This document shows, one piece after another, positions 1 to 9,722 of a DNA stretch of 64,000 nucleotides. The stretch comes from Nitrospinaceae bacterium. Its GTDB lineage: Bacteria > Nitrospinota > Nitrospinia > Nitrospinales > VA-1. The translations under genes were made by a program, and so were the position numbers. Below the pieces are notes generated by a model. It was not told the origin of the DNA. It ran no database searches and saw nothing but the letters and a program-made list of their open reading frames with translations. Position 1 is the stretch's first letter, and each line of letters starts with the position of its first letter. The stretch spans positions 470,439-534,438 of the forward strand of contig BQJC01000003.1 in assembly GCA_021604505.1 (NCBI GenBank). The letters run 5' to 3'.

Positions 1-226
1 CGATCGCCCGCATCATTTGGCGAAGGGTCGGGAGAAAAGCGGGATAGCGTTTCCAGGGAAAGGATTTTATCGGAATGTCCAGGTTCTGCAGAGGAAACCA
101 GATCTTGCCCTGCTTTGCGGGGCCAATGATCTCCACCTGATGGTGGCGGGCCAAAGCCCGCGCCAAAAGCGCCGCACGCCCCAGGGAGTTATTTGAAAGG
201 TCGAAACATAAAAAGGATATCTTCAC
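1..226 (-). CDS. glycosyltransferase (GT-B/GT4-like), 5' part only; gene runs off the left edge
   Basis: Absent from the ORF track because it has no stop in the window. The minus-strand frame from GTG (226-224) reads VKISFLCFDLSNNSLGRAALLARALARHHQVEIIGPAKQGKIWFPLQNLDIP..., a typical GT4 N-terminus. The GTG overlaps the TGA (225-223) of the upstream gene as GTGA, which suggests translational coupling. Confidence 0.5.
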   Translation of the reverse strand, partial: MKISFLCFDLSNNSLGRAALLARALARHHQVEIIGPAKQGKIWFPLQNLDIPIKSFPWKRYPAFLPTLRQMMRAI

Positions 227-2682
227 GAAGATCCGTTGGATGTCTGGTTGATTTCCAACCGGCGGGGAAAAATGTTGACCCTACGGATATCCGTGAACAA
301 CGGCCAACCGGCAGTCGGAGTGAGAACCAGGGTTTGATCCAAAACCAGCCGGTAAAAAATCTCGCGCGCCGCCAACGGCCCAACGGTCACCGTTTCCACC
401 TCACCACGAATACTCTTTTCCGGTTCAAACAAAAGTTTGACGCTGGCGTTTCCGTCAACCCTCCCCCAGGGTGCAGGAAGCTGATATTGAGCGGTCAAAC
501 GCAAACGGCCGTTCTCTCCTTCCAGACGGGCCTGCCCTTTTCCTTTCATTTCCTTCAATGCCAATTGCTCCAGAGGCTCAAACCGGATCGTTGCCCTGGG
601 AAACAGGCGCCCGATTTCAAACAGGATCAACTTGTCATATAAAAACAATTCGCGCAGATTGATTTGCACCTCGTGAAAGGTCAACTGCAGATCATCCAAA
701 CGAATTTTATTCGATACCGCGGAATCGGCGGTCACGGTGATATTTTTATAACGTCCCAGCAATAAATCCTCCGGGTTGTCTGTGGGAGTGATGCTGACCC
801 TGGGGTTTTCCATCTGCTTGATCCCGTAGATCGGGTAATGCGGAAGGGATTCGAGAAGTTTTTTCCCCACCTGCCGAAGATCGACAGCGTCTTCCATATC
901 CGTTGCCGGGGAGACATCTCTCTTAAAGACCAGCCCTCTTGCTCCGTTGGGCAGAGGATAGGTTTTAAATAGAGAAAAGGTTTTATTGAGCGAGGGGTCA
1001 TCGAACAGACGGTCCCTTTTAGGGTTGATCTGCCGGACTCCCGATTCCCCTTCCTGACTGCTGTCCTTGGTAATGAAAAAATCCGTCAACTCACCCTGGT
1101 TGCGCTTCACACTCTTCACAATGACCGGCAATCCCCGGATCATGGCGGCGTCGCGAAAGGCGCCCCGGTGAAACCAGGGGTGATTGGTGAGGGTGCGCAC
1201 GGTGACCATTTTCCCTGGAGGAGGGTTGGACTCTTCTACGATATCGTCAAGAATGGAATTGATATGCCATTCTTCTTTAACCGGAAGTTCTTTGAACCCG
1301 AAGGTCGGGCCTCCCAACCCGGGGGTCTGCATATTTCCCGGAAGAAACCCTGCATAAACATAAGTGAACAAGCTGACAGCCACAACGAGGCTAACGGCCC
1401 ATTTGCGAAATTTATCACTGGCAATCTGGACGACACAAAGCGCTGATATCACTGCGATCGCCGGCAGGCAGGGCATCGTGTACCGCACTCCCTTGTTGTT
1501 GATAAACGTAAATACCAGAAAAGGCAAAACGATCCATCCAAATAAAAGCCAGTTAAAATTTTTTCGTTTTGACAGAAAAATAATGAACCCAACCACAAAT
1601 AAAAGCAGTAGAGGCAGTCCCATTTGGCGGCCGGAAGCTTCCAGATAATAGCCCCAAATGGGAAGGTTCCATTCCATGTGCCCTTTTAGCACGATGTCGG
1701 GAAGGCCGAACTTGGCAATCCCCCGCCCCATTTTCGCGAGGTTGTGGGCGTACCAGGGAAAACAAACCAATAGAGAAACAAAGGTGAGGGTTAAAATATT
1801 GATAATTTTTTTTGGAGAAATATGAACCGCTGGGAAATACTTTACCAAAGCGAATATTAACGCAAACTCCAATAGCAGGATGCCTTCCTGCCCCTTGTGA
1901 AGGATGAAGACCAGCAAAGGAAGGATCATGAGGGCAAAAATCATTCCCAGAAAATACGCCGTTTTGCTAAAAATTTTAGCCGGTCGGTCACCCTCCGTTC
2001 GATACAAACCGATAATCAGGGCTGGCAGCAGATAGAACAAAAATGTCCACTTGAACATCAAACCCACGGCAAATGAACAGCTGAATAAAAATGAAAATTT
2101 GCGGTCTTCAAAATTGTTCGAGCGCAGAAACAGGTAATAGGAAAGCGCGACCGATGCCGTGAGTGCGGTTCCTATCGACATTTGCCGGGAAATATAAGCC
2201 AGAAAAGGATAACAGGACATCAGAAAAGCCGCCAACAGCCCCGTATTGCGATCGTACAATCTTTGACCGATTCCATACGTCGAAAGAATAGCAACCGCCA
2301 AATAAAAAGAATTGACCAGCACCGCGTTATCGGTCGAAAATCCCATCCCGGCAAAAACCGGCAACAGCGAAAGATGATAAAACGGCGGATAAAAGGATTC
2401 GACACTCAACAGGTCCAGCCACATCCTCTCCGACCCCGAGGTGAAAGCGTCCCAATACCAAAAAGCAATGCGCAGATGGGCGGCGGGATCCCAGGACGGC
2501 GGGCGGGTGTCCAGAAGGACCCAGATTTGATTGCATCCCAACGTCCAAAGAATAAACGCCAGAAGAATAAAATAATGCGATGGAAAACCTGAAGACCCCC
2601 TATCCTGTGGCAAGGATTCGTGCGCGGCGTTGAAATGCGGCCTGTTTTCATCTAAAATTTCGGTGGGTGTCGAGCGATCCAT
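223..2682 (-). CDS. polytopic membrane glycosyltransferase, GT39/PMT_2 (ArnT-like), with a ~330-aa hydrophilic C-terminal extension of unknown function
   Basis: 819-aa ORF. The first ~480 aa contain many hydrophobic helices, with an early loop PPSWDPAAHLRIAFWYW in the GT-C style. The C-terminal third is soluble and carries no motif I recognise. Confidence 0.6.
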   Translation of the reverse strand: MDRSTPTEILDENRPHFNAAHESLPQDRGSSGFPSHYFILLAFILWTLGCNQIWVLLDTRPPSWDPAAHLRIAFWYWDAFTSGSERMWLDLLSVESFYPPFYHLSLLPVFAGMGFSTDNAVLVNSFYLAVAILSTYGIGQRLYDRNTGLLAAFLMSCYPFLAYISRQMSIGTALTASVALSYYLFLRSNNFEDRKFSFLFSCSFAVGLMFKWTFLFYLLPALIIGLYRTEGDRPAKIFSKTAYFLGMIFALMILPLLVFILHKGQEGILLLEFALIFALVKYFPAVHISPKKIINILTLTFVSLLVCFPWYAHNLAKMGRGIAKFGLPDIVLKGHMEWNLPIWGYYLEASGRQMGLPLLLLFVVGFIIFLSKRKNFNWLLFGWIVLPFLVFTFINNKGVRYTMPCLPAIAVISALCVVQIASDKFRKWAVSLVVAVSLFTYVYAGFLPGNMQTPGLGGPTFGFKELPVKEEWHINSILDDIVEESNPPPGKMVTVRTLTNHPWFHRGAFRDAAMIRGLPVIVKSVKRNQGELTDFFITKDSSQEGESGVRQINPKRDRLFDDPSLNKTFSLFKTYPLPNGARGLVFKRDVSPATDMEDAVDLRQVGKKLLESLPHYPIYGIKQMENPRVSITPTDNPEDLLLGRYKNITVTADSAVSNKIRLDDLQLTFHEVQINLRELFLYDKLILFEIGRLFPRATIRFEPLEQLALKEMKGKGQARLEGENGRLRLTAQYQLPAPWGRVDGNASVKLLFEPEKSIRGEVETVTVGPLAAREIFYRLVLDQTLVLTPTAGWPLFTDIRRVNIFPRRLEINQTSNGSS

Positions 2683-2919
2683 AATAATGATTGTTTTTAT
2701 CTCTCTCTTATAAAATAAGATGGGAAAGAGCTTTCCCTTTGACCACAGGGGAAGGAACCCTCATGAAAAGGGTTTTAATTGCATTTCTCGATCCGGTTGA
2801 AAAGGATTATAATTCACATGCCTTTATTTTTCATCTTAAAACCTTTTGCGCAAGCCCAATCATTAGATCGCTTTTAAGGTCACCCAATCTTCTGAGATAA
2901 ATCGATTCCCAACTTTCCC

Positions 2920-4629
2920 ATGCGATCCCTTCCATTTTCATTGACAGCAAAATTTAAGGAATATTCTTTTCTGGTGTTACTGACGGCATTCTGCTTCTTC
3001 TGTTTTTCCTATCAATTGGGAGAAGTTCCGCCTTACCACACCGACGAAAATTTTTACGTTTTATCCGCAAAAAACATGTTGCAGTCCGGGGATTACCTGA
3101 CACCCGTGTTTCACGAAAAAAAACGATTTGCCAAACCCATTTTGTTTTACTGGCAAGTGGCCCTGTCCTACAAAGTTTTCGGGATCAGCCTGGTCTCCGC
3201 CCGCCTTTGGTCCGTGGTGCTGGGAACGTCATCCGCGGTGCTGGTGTTTTTTTTAGGACGGCGCTTGTTTTCGTCTCAAGCCGCCATGCTGGGCGCTTTG
3301 ATTCTTCCTTCGATTTACCTGCATTTTCAAATTTCCCGTTGGGCCACAACGGACATGACGTTGAGTTTTTTCATCCTTTGCGCGTTTTACTTTTTCATCA
3401 AAGGATTCCAGGAGGAAAGCCATCGAACGCGAAATTATGTCCTGTTTTACCTTTCAATGGCGATGGGATTTCTCACCAAAGGTCCACCGGCGATCCTCAT
3501 CCCGGCTTTAACGATCGCGACTTTTCTTTTCATTCGCGGAGATTGGAAAAGAATCGTCGAAATGCGATTGCCCGCCGGTCTCCTGATCCTTATGGCGGTG
3601 GATATTCCGTGGTTTGCCGCAATGTATGTTTTGCATGGCGAGGAATTTACAAATCACCTGCTGGGTGCCGAACTGCGCGACCGTATTGTGCACGAAACCC
3701 CTTTCAGTTTCTATTACCTGGGAGTTCTGATTCGTTATTACCTGCCCTGGTCTTTGTTTCTGGTTTTTTCAATTGCAACACTGACCGCCAACTTCAAAAC
3801 CCGGATTTTGAATTTTTTCGATAAAGAAAATTACGCCTTATTATTCTGTTTTCTCTGGATTTTTATTCCTATCCTGCTTTTCACGGCCTTTCGAATCGAA
3901 CACAGCCGTTATCTTCTTCCCACCTCACCGGCCATGGCTTTGATCTTGGGTCATTATTTCACCAGGCTCGCAATATCCGACCGGGGGTTTAAAAGACCTG
4001 TGTTTAAGATCCCCTTTTACCTGACTCTCTTTATTTTTTTCCTGTTGACCCTCGCCGTTGCCGCCGGGGTCATCCTCATGCAATCCGACACCAGCGTCCC
4101 TTTTCGCATCATGTTTCTTCCTTTATTTCTTGCCGCCGGTCCGTCGATCATGATTCTAATGTTCATTGCGCGGCGGCGAATCGCCTTGATCGTTACCCTG
4201 GCGGCATTCCAGACGCTCAGCCTTTCTTTCATTCATGGCGACGCCATTCCTTTTTTCAACCGCTATCCCATGAAGAAATTTGCTCAGGAAATCATCCAAA
4301 CAAGAACCGGCAATGAAATCGTCGGGGTCTTCCAACTGGGCAGCCATCAGGCCCGGGTTGGGGTGCTCACCGGGCAAACGGCGAAATTCATTTTCCTACC
4401 CGAGTGGGTGCGAGACTTTGTAAATGATAATGAAAAGTTTTATCTGATCATGAAGGAATCGGAATGGAAAGAGAAATTCAATGACCTCGACCTTGTATTG
4501 CGATCGTCAGACACCATCTGGAAAAAAAGGCGGATCGACAAGGATTTTCTCAGGAAGTTATGGCACGAAGGGCTTCACTTGAACCCGTCAGATCATCTCG
4601 AAACCATCGTTTTGTTGACTCCCCGATAA
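2920..4629 (+). CDS. GT39 family membrane glycosyltransferase (ArnT / 4-amino-4-deoxy-L-arabinose transferase-like)
   Basis: 569 aa and polytopic. The first periplasmic loop reads HTDENFYVLSAKNMLQSGDYLTPVFHEKKRFAKPILFYWQ, matching the ArnT/PMT_2 pattern D-E..Y...G.W..P....F..KPPL.YW. Confidence 0.75.
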   Translation: MRSLPFSLTAKFKEYSFLVLLTAFCFFCFSYQLGEVPPYHTDENFYVLSAKNMLQSGDYLTPVFHEKKRFAKPILFYWQVALSYKVFGISLVSARLWSVVLGTSSAVLVFFLGRRLFSSQAAMLGALILPSIYLHFQISRWATTDMTLSFFILCAFYFFIKGFQEESHRTRNYVLFYLSMAMGFLTKGPPAILIPALTIATFLFIRGDWKRIVEMRLPAGLLILMAVDIPWFAAMYVLHGEEFTNHLLGAELRDRIVHETPFSFYYLGVLIRYYLPWSLFLVFSIATLTANFKTRILNFFDKENYALLFCFLWIFIPILLFTAFRIEHSRYLLPTSPAMALILGHYFTRLAISDRGFKRPVFKIPFYLTLFIFFLLTLAVAAGVILMQSDTSVPFRIMFLPLFLAAGPSIMILMFIARRRIALIVTLAAFQTLSLSFIHGDAIPFFNRYPMKKFAQEIIQTRTGNEIVGVFQLGSHQARVGVLTGQTAKFIFLPEWVRDFVNDNEKFYLIMKESEWKEKFNDLDLVLRSSDTIWKKRRIDKDFLRKLWHEGLHLNPSDHLETIVLLTPR

Positions 4630-4636
4630 CCAGGGT

Positions 4637-6112
4637 TCATCGAATCAGCGGCACGTTCATTCCGGAAAAATCATAGCGGATATTTTTCGCATTGCTGGCG
4701 GAAGTAAAATAGGCATACCGGCGGGTGGCGTGAATCAAATAAAATTGACCGGGATGATCCCCCTCAAGATTGTTAAACTCGTGGATCGAAGTCAGCCAGG
4801 TCGACTGCGGCTGGATTTCCATGCGGCTCAATAGTTTCAGAGGGTCCACAACCGGGTCGTCCATGTAGCGGTCCGAGTAAAACAAAAAAGCGTTTCTAGG
4901 ATTATGAATGGAAAGTCGGTAGTTTCCGAGTTTTTGATCCGCAGGAGCGTTTAAATTCACCACCGCCGCCAGTTGCCGGACATCCACGCTGTTCGGCGAT
5001 AAGGTGACCTTCACCTGAAAAGGAGTGGCGTTTACAAATAAAACCGTGGCCATAACAATTCCAACCATATAAGGCAGTGATTTTTCTTTGATTTTTTCAT
5101 TCATCCAATCCGACACGGTTTTAGCCGTCACAATCGCCAGCGCAGGAAATATCATGAAGAGATAGCGAAGCGTCTGGTTCCTGCTGGTGCTCATCACCAG
5201 GAAAATAAATACGATCCAGATAAAGATCAGTTGAAAGCGGATATCTTTTTCCAGAAAACCCCGCCTGCCAAACTGAAACAGGCCGATAAGTGCAATGGGA
5301 AGCCAGGGCCAGTAATTTTTAAGAAAATCGCGGGCGTATCCCAGGAAATCAAAAAAGGAGCCGCCTTCACCAAAACCGCGGTTGAATATCAATAAGCCAA
5401 AGTGCGTGTCCAGAAAAGATCGGTCAAAGATAAACCAGTTGGTGAGATGCCAGCTAAAACCCAGCAGCAAAGCCAAAGCCGTTGCAGACAAAAAATAGCC
5501 GCCGAACATCTCCTTCCAGCGTCCGGCCAGAACCAGCGTGACCACTGCGATGGCCAGAGGAAAACCGCCAAGAACGCTTTTGGTCAGAATGGCCAGAGCG
5601 GACATGAATCCAAACAAGAGATAATACCTTTTATTTTCCCATCCCCGGACGAAAAAATACATCGCCCCGGTCACGCAAAAAGCCAGTGCGATATCGACCA
5701 TCGCACGGCGTGAGGAATCGACAAACATTCCCGGGAAAAGCAACACAAATGCGGAAAAAAAGGCGATCCACTGGTTCTGGAATAAACGCAGACATAATAA
5801 ATAAGTAAAAAGAATGGCCGTCATTCCGAACACAGCAGTGAAAAAAACCGCCGCGTATCCCGACACCCCAAAAATTTTAAAAGCCAGGGACATCATCCAG
5901 AACGGAAAGGGCGGGTTGGCAAAATCCGGAAGCCCGTTGAATGTCACCACCCACAGATTGCCGGAGGCAATCATCTCCTTGGCCTTTTGGGCGTAATAGG
6001 TGTCGTCAAAATTGGGCAAGCCCATTTCCAGTTGACGGCCCCAAAAAATCAATGCCGACGAATAAAGCAGAAATACGATTTGAAACGTTTTATTTTTTAA
6101 TAAAGAGGCCAA
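4637..6112 (-). CDS. GT39 family membrane glycosyltransferase (ArnT/PMT_2-like), third paralog
   Basis: 491 aa and polytopic. Its loop FDDTYYAQKAKEMIASGNLWVVTFNGLPDFANPPFPFWMM has the same signature as the neighbouring gene. Confidence 0.75.
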   Translation of the reverse strand: MASLLKNKTFQIVFLLYSSALIFWGRQLEMGLPNFDDTYYAQKAKEMIASGNLWVVTFNGLPDFANPPFPFWMMSLAFKIFGVSGYAAVFFTAVFGMTAILFTYLLCLRLFQNQWIAFFSAFVLLFPGMFVDSSRRAMVDIALAFCVTGAMYFFVRGWENKRYYLLFGFMSALAILTKSVLGGFPLAIAVVTLVLAGRWKEMFGGYFLSATALALLLGFSWHLTNWFIFDRSFLDTHFGLLIFNRGFGEGGSFFDFLGYARDFLKNYWPWLPIALIGLFQFGRRGFLEKDIRFQLIFIWIVFIFLVMSTSRNQTLRYLFMIFPALAIVTAKTVSDWMNEKIKEKSLPYMVGIVMATVLFVNATPFQVKVTLSPNSVDVRQLAAVVNLNAPADQKLGNYRLSIHNPRNAFLFYSDRYMDDPVVDPLKLLSRMEIQPQSTWLTSIHEFNNLEGDHPGQFYLIHATRRYAYFTSASNAKNIRYDFSGMNVPLIR

Positions 6113-6157
6113 AGGTTTCTCTTGTTCAGGAAGCCTAAAAAGTCAGGAAGGAAAATT

Positions 6158-6430
6158 CTAGAGATAGATATTCAAGCGTTGTTTGTCTTCTTCGCGTTGA
6201 TCCGTTAAAAAAAGGAAGCCGAAAGTTTCCAGACGCCAGACCAGAACGTCCAAGCCTTTCAACATGTACAACCAGTAGAAAGCGGCTCCGACAAGGGATT
6301 TGCGATTCATCCCGCTCCGGCAAAAAATAAAATCTTTCAATTGCTCGCGGGAATGTCGAATGAGCTGCCAATTTCCCCGTTCTTTGAATATTTCAATCAG
6401 TTTGAATAAATTGATGAGCCTGTTTACCAT
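6158..6430 (-). CDS. hypothetical small protein (doubtful)
   Basis: 90-aa ORF, co-directional with and 45 nt upstream of the GT39 gene. It has no obvious Shine-Dalgarno and no recognisable motif. Confidence 0.2.
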   Translation of the reverse strand: MVNRLINLFKLIEIFKERGNWQLIRHSREQLKDFIFCRSGMNRKSLVGAAFYWLYMLKGLDVLVWRLETFGFLFLTDQREEDKQRLNIYL

Positions 6431-6598
6431 GGAAAGTTTCGCATATGAAAATCTTCAGGAAAAGGATGATTCGTCCCTTAAAATCAGCTAAATTAAGGGC
6501 CCGAACGGCTTATAATATAACATTCGCCAGAAAGAAGCAAAGAAGCGGCGCAAAATCATCACCAACGCCTTGGCCTCGAAAGGATTAATGACGGAACG

Positions 6599-8440
6599 AT
6601 GAATGCAAACGAACTTTACGAAACAGCCAGCAAACAAATTCAACCGGATTCCGATCTGGTCCATTGGCACATGGAATTTTTACAGAAAATGGTGGGCATC
6701 GACAGCAGAAGTTTCAACGTCAACGAATTTGAAGGAGACCGGACCACGCCCACCGATATGAAAGAAATTCTCGCCTGCGCCGAAGACTATTTACGTCAGA
6801 TCGGATTCAACTGGATCAAAATCAACCAGCCGCCTTCCCAATGCAAGGATGCAACCCCGATTTTACTGGCCGAGCTACCGGTATCAGAAGATAAGCCGAC
6901 CATTCTTTTTTACGCTCATTTGGACAAGCAGCCCTATATGGATGACGGCCGGTTCCAGAAATGGGAAGGCGTTCCCCCCACCGAATTGCGTTGGAACGAA
7001 AACCGGACGCGGGCATATGGACGAGGCGCGGCAGACGATCTCAGCGGGGTGGTGTCCATCGGAATGTCGGTCGATGCGCTGTTAAAGTCCACGCAGGATG
7101 CCCTCCCTTGCAACATCAAGGTGATTTACGAAACCGAAGAGGAGTGCGGGTCCCATTCTCTAGCCGAACAGATCCGGCAGAATCAGGATTTTTTCTCAAA
7201 CGTCGATTGCGTGATCATCACCGATGTCGTCAACCCCGCCACCGGCATCCCGGGGCTGACCACCTCGCTGCGCGGGATCATCCAGCTGGAAGCCACGCTC
7301 ACAGCAAAAGACCGACCAAACGGCATGGATGAACAAACCGCGCTGTACAAACTTTTGACAACCCTGATTAACGATGACCATTCTCTGGCGGTAAAAAAAA
7401 TCGCCCGTTCCGACATTCCGGAAACAGAGGACGAAATAGAAGGCTACGCGAACGTTCCAACTTCCGTAAAGATGCTGAGAGATGCCGCCGGCTTGTTGCC
7501 GGAAACCAAACTGACCGTTCCGGATAAGAAGGAAGCCCTCATTCTGGCGCAATTGCGAAAATCCTATGTCAACGTCCGGCCCGGCCACCGTATCGCAGGC
7601 TCCATTATCTTCGGTGCGGCAGGGGCTCGGCTGACCTTCCATTCCTGCGAAGATGCCAGGGAACTGAAAACCACCCTGGAGCGATGGTTGCCGCAATGGA
7701 ACCCGTTCAATCTAAAAATAGTCCTCAAACAACTTGCATCAGAACCGGGCACCGCCGTCTTCGATCTCATCCTCATTTCGTCCACCAAAGACCCGCACTC
7801 AGGAATGCATGGCGGCCCGTTTCCCGTGCCCGAACTGCAGCTGGCCACCATGATCAACCAGCTCATAGACAACAACGGAACGCTCCACCCGGATATCGCC
7901 GCTTGTCTTGCGAAAGGCGAAAAAAACATGAACACTCAATCTCTATGGGTGGAGCATGACGGCGCCGCGCGGCTTTTTGAAAACCCGGCCGCCAAGGCGG
8001 TCATCGAAATCCGTTTGGCTGCAGGCAACCATGAGACCCAGGCGACAGAACACCTGAAAAGCCATCTCAAAGAAAACATCCCTGCCGGATTCGAGCTGAA
8101 TTTAACAATCGACAAAGGCGCGTCCCCCTGGATGACCGAATGCAGTCACCCTGTGTTTCCGCTGATTTTAGAATCATTGGAAAAGGGATTTGGACAAAAA
8201 AGTTGCCTTTACGGTTGCGGAGGGTCCATTCCTTTTGTGGCAAAACTTCTGGATGCCCTGGGAGACGTTCAACCCCTTTGTCTGGGAGCCTACGACTCCG
8301 ACTCCCGCATGCACGAGCCAGGAGAGAGTCTCTCCATGGTGGATCTGCTGGGATGTACCCGTTCGATTATTTATTTTGTCGCGCACGCGGCCCAGGCCTA
8401 CTCTGCCACCGCCTCCCGGCCTTATCAGGACAACCCCTAG
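6599..8440 (+). CDS. M20 family metallopeptidase / dipeptidase (ArgE/DapE/CPG2-like), long form
   Basis: 613 aa. It carries the motifs FYAHLDKQPY and AYGRGAADDLSG (metal-binding Asp region), EEECGS, and a C-terminal RMHEPGESL. These are typical of M20 peptidases. Confidence 0.8.
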   Translation: MNANELYETASKQIQPDSDLVHWHMEFLQKMVGIDSRSFNVNEFEGDRTTPTDMKEILACAEDYLRQIGFNWIKINQPPSQCKDATPILLAELPVSEDKPTILFYAHLDKQPYMDDGRFQKWEGVPPTELRWNENRTRAYGRGAADDLSGVVSIGMSVDALLKSTQDALPCNIKVIYETEEECGSHSLAEQIRQNQDFFSNVDCVIITDVVNPATGIPGLTTSLRGIIQLEATLTAKDRPNGMDEQTALYKLLTTLINDDHSLAVKKIARSDIPETEDEIEGYANVPTSVKMLRDAAGLLPETKLTVPDKKEALILAQLRKSYVNVRPGHRIAGSIIFGAAGARLTFHSCEDARELKTTLERWLPQWNPFNLKIVLKQLASEPGTAVFDLILISSTKDPHSGMHGGPFPVPELQLATMINQLIDNNGTLHPDIAACLAKGEKNMNTQSLWVEHDGAARLFENPAAKAVIEIRLAAGNHETQATEHLKSHLKENIPAGFELNLTIDKGASPWMTECSHPVFPLILESLEKGFGQKSCLYGCGGSIPFVAKLLDALGDVQPLCLGAYDSDSRMHEPGESLSMVDLLGCTRSIIYFVAHAAQAYSATASRPYQDNP

Positions 8441-8474
8441 AACTCCCCCCGCATAAATTAGATTTTTCAATAAC

Positions 8475-8504
8475 TTGCACATTTACAAAGAATTGCCCTA
8501 TAAT
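8475..8504 (+). promoter_or_regulatory. sigma-70-type promoter for HD-GYP gene 1
   Basis: TTGCAC (8475-8480), an 18-nt spacer, then a perfect TATAAT (8499-8504). It lies 47 nt upstream of the GTG at 8551. Confidence 0.45.
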
Positions 8505-8550
8505 GATAATAACAGGAACATGGGTGCTATTCTCTTTTAGCGGTGGGCAA

Positions 8551-9537
8551 GTGAAGTCAGCGATTGATAAAGATCAAGCAGAGCAAGGATTTCGAAAAAT
8601 CGACATCGGGTTTTTAAAGGCCGAATCCACGGAATTGTACGACGTTTTTTACAGAACCCAGGTCTTTGGAAGCCCAAAGTTTGTCAAATTCGCCAGCAAT
8701 CATCCCTCCCACCACGAAAAAGTCCTCAAGGTCATCGCATCCGGAGAGAGCACCGAAGAATTTTACATTCACGAAGAAGATTTGATCAAATACCATCAGC
8801 AGGCGACCCAGTCCCTGCGCACTATGATTTCCAATCCGCAAATCCCCCTCAAGAAAAAAACCCAAAAAATCTACGACCTTTCCAAAGAAGTCATGAAAGA
8901 GTTTTTTAACAAGCATGCTTCAGAAAAAATTCTCAGGTCTTCAGAGGAAGTCATGAGCGTCATGGATCAATGCTTAACAGAAAACGGGGCGGGGTTTCAT
9001 TCCATTTCCCTGATCACCAGCAAGGATTACTACACCTACACCCACAGCGTAAATGTCGGATTGTTCTGCATGACCTACGGAATCAAGACCAAAATGGGCC
9101 AAAACGACACGCGGAATCTTGGCCTTGGCGGAATGTTGCATGACGTTGGGAAGGTAAAAATCGACTCTGCCGTCATCAATAAAAACGGGAAACTGACCCC
9201 CGAGGAGTTTCGGGTCATTCAAGGCCATTCCATGCATGGCCGGGAAATATTGGAATCAATGCGGTGCTACGAAAGCAATGTCATCCGCATGGCGGGCGAG
9301 CATCACGAGAGGTTCAACGGCGGCGGATACCCCGATGGCCTGGTGGGTGAAGAAATAGCTTATTTCGCCCGAATCTGCAAGGTCATGGACGTTTACGACG
9401 CCTTGACCACCCGCAGAACCTATAAAAAAGCCTTGGCTCCGATTCAAGCCCTCACCATCATGAAAAAAGAAATGGAAGATGAGTTTGATCTCCAAATCCT
9501 CGATAACTTCGTCAAATTTATGGGCCCTGGTCTGTAG
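8551..9537 (+). CDS. HD-GYP domain c-di-GMP phosphodiesterase (paralog 1)
   Basis: The track ORF 8140-9537 overlaps the M20 gene by 300 nt. Homology to the paralog at 9723 begins at VKSAIDKDQ (GTG 8551), and the ATG at 8503 sits inside the predicted -10 box. Motifs present: HSVNVG, LHDVGK, HHERFNGGGYPDGL (HD-GYP). Confidence 0.85.
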   Translation: MKSAIDKDQAEQGFRKIDIGFLKAESTELYDVFYRTQVFGSPKFVKFASNHPSHHEKVLKVIASGESTEEFYIHEEDLIKYHQQATQSLRTMISNPQIPLKKKTQKIYDLSKEVMKEFFNKHASEKILRSSEEVMSVMDQCLTENGAGFHSISLITSKDYYTYTHSVNVGLFCMTYGIKTKMGQNDTRNLGLGGMLHDVGKVKIDSAVINKNGKLTPEEFRVIQGHSMHGREILESMRCYESNVIRMAGEHHERFNGGGYPDGLVGEEIAYFARICKVMDVYDALTTRRTYKKALAPIQALTIMKKEMEDEFDLQILDNFVKFMGPGL

Positions 9538-9655
9538 GCCCTTCCCCTTTACCCCATAACTTCCTACTTAAAAAGGTTGATGAGCTTTGTTTCTCATTGA
9601 ACCCATCATTGATCCAGAGAATCGAGAAAACAAAAAAACCAACAATTACAATTAG

Positions 9656-9684
9656 TTGAAAGAATTTTGATCTTGCATTATACT
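9656..9684 (+). promoter_or_regulatory. sigma-70-type promoter for HD-GYP gene 2
   Basis: TTGAAA (9656-9661), a 17-nt spacer, then TATACT (9679-9684). A GGACGGAG Shine-Dalgarno precedes the GTG at 9723. Confidence 0.4.
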
Positions 9685-9722
9685 TTTAAAGTAGAGAAGG
9701 AATTTTAAAAGGACGGAGAAAA

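Noticed and set aside
8140-8550. An N-terminal extension of the first HD-GYP ORF, overlapping the M20 peptidase gene by 300 nt.
   Set aside because: The extension has no similarity to the paralog at 9723. It overlaps a well-supported gene, and a TTGCAC-N18-TATAAT promoter lies inside it. Homology starts at GTG 8551.
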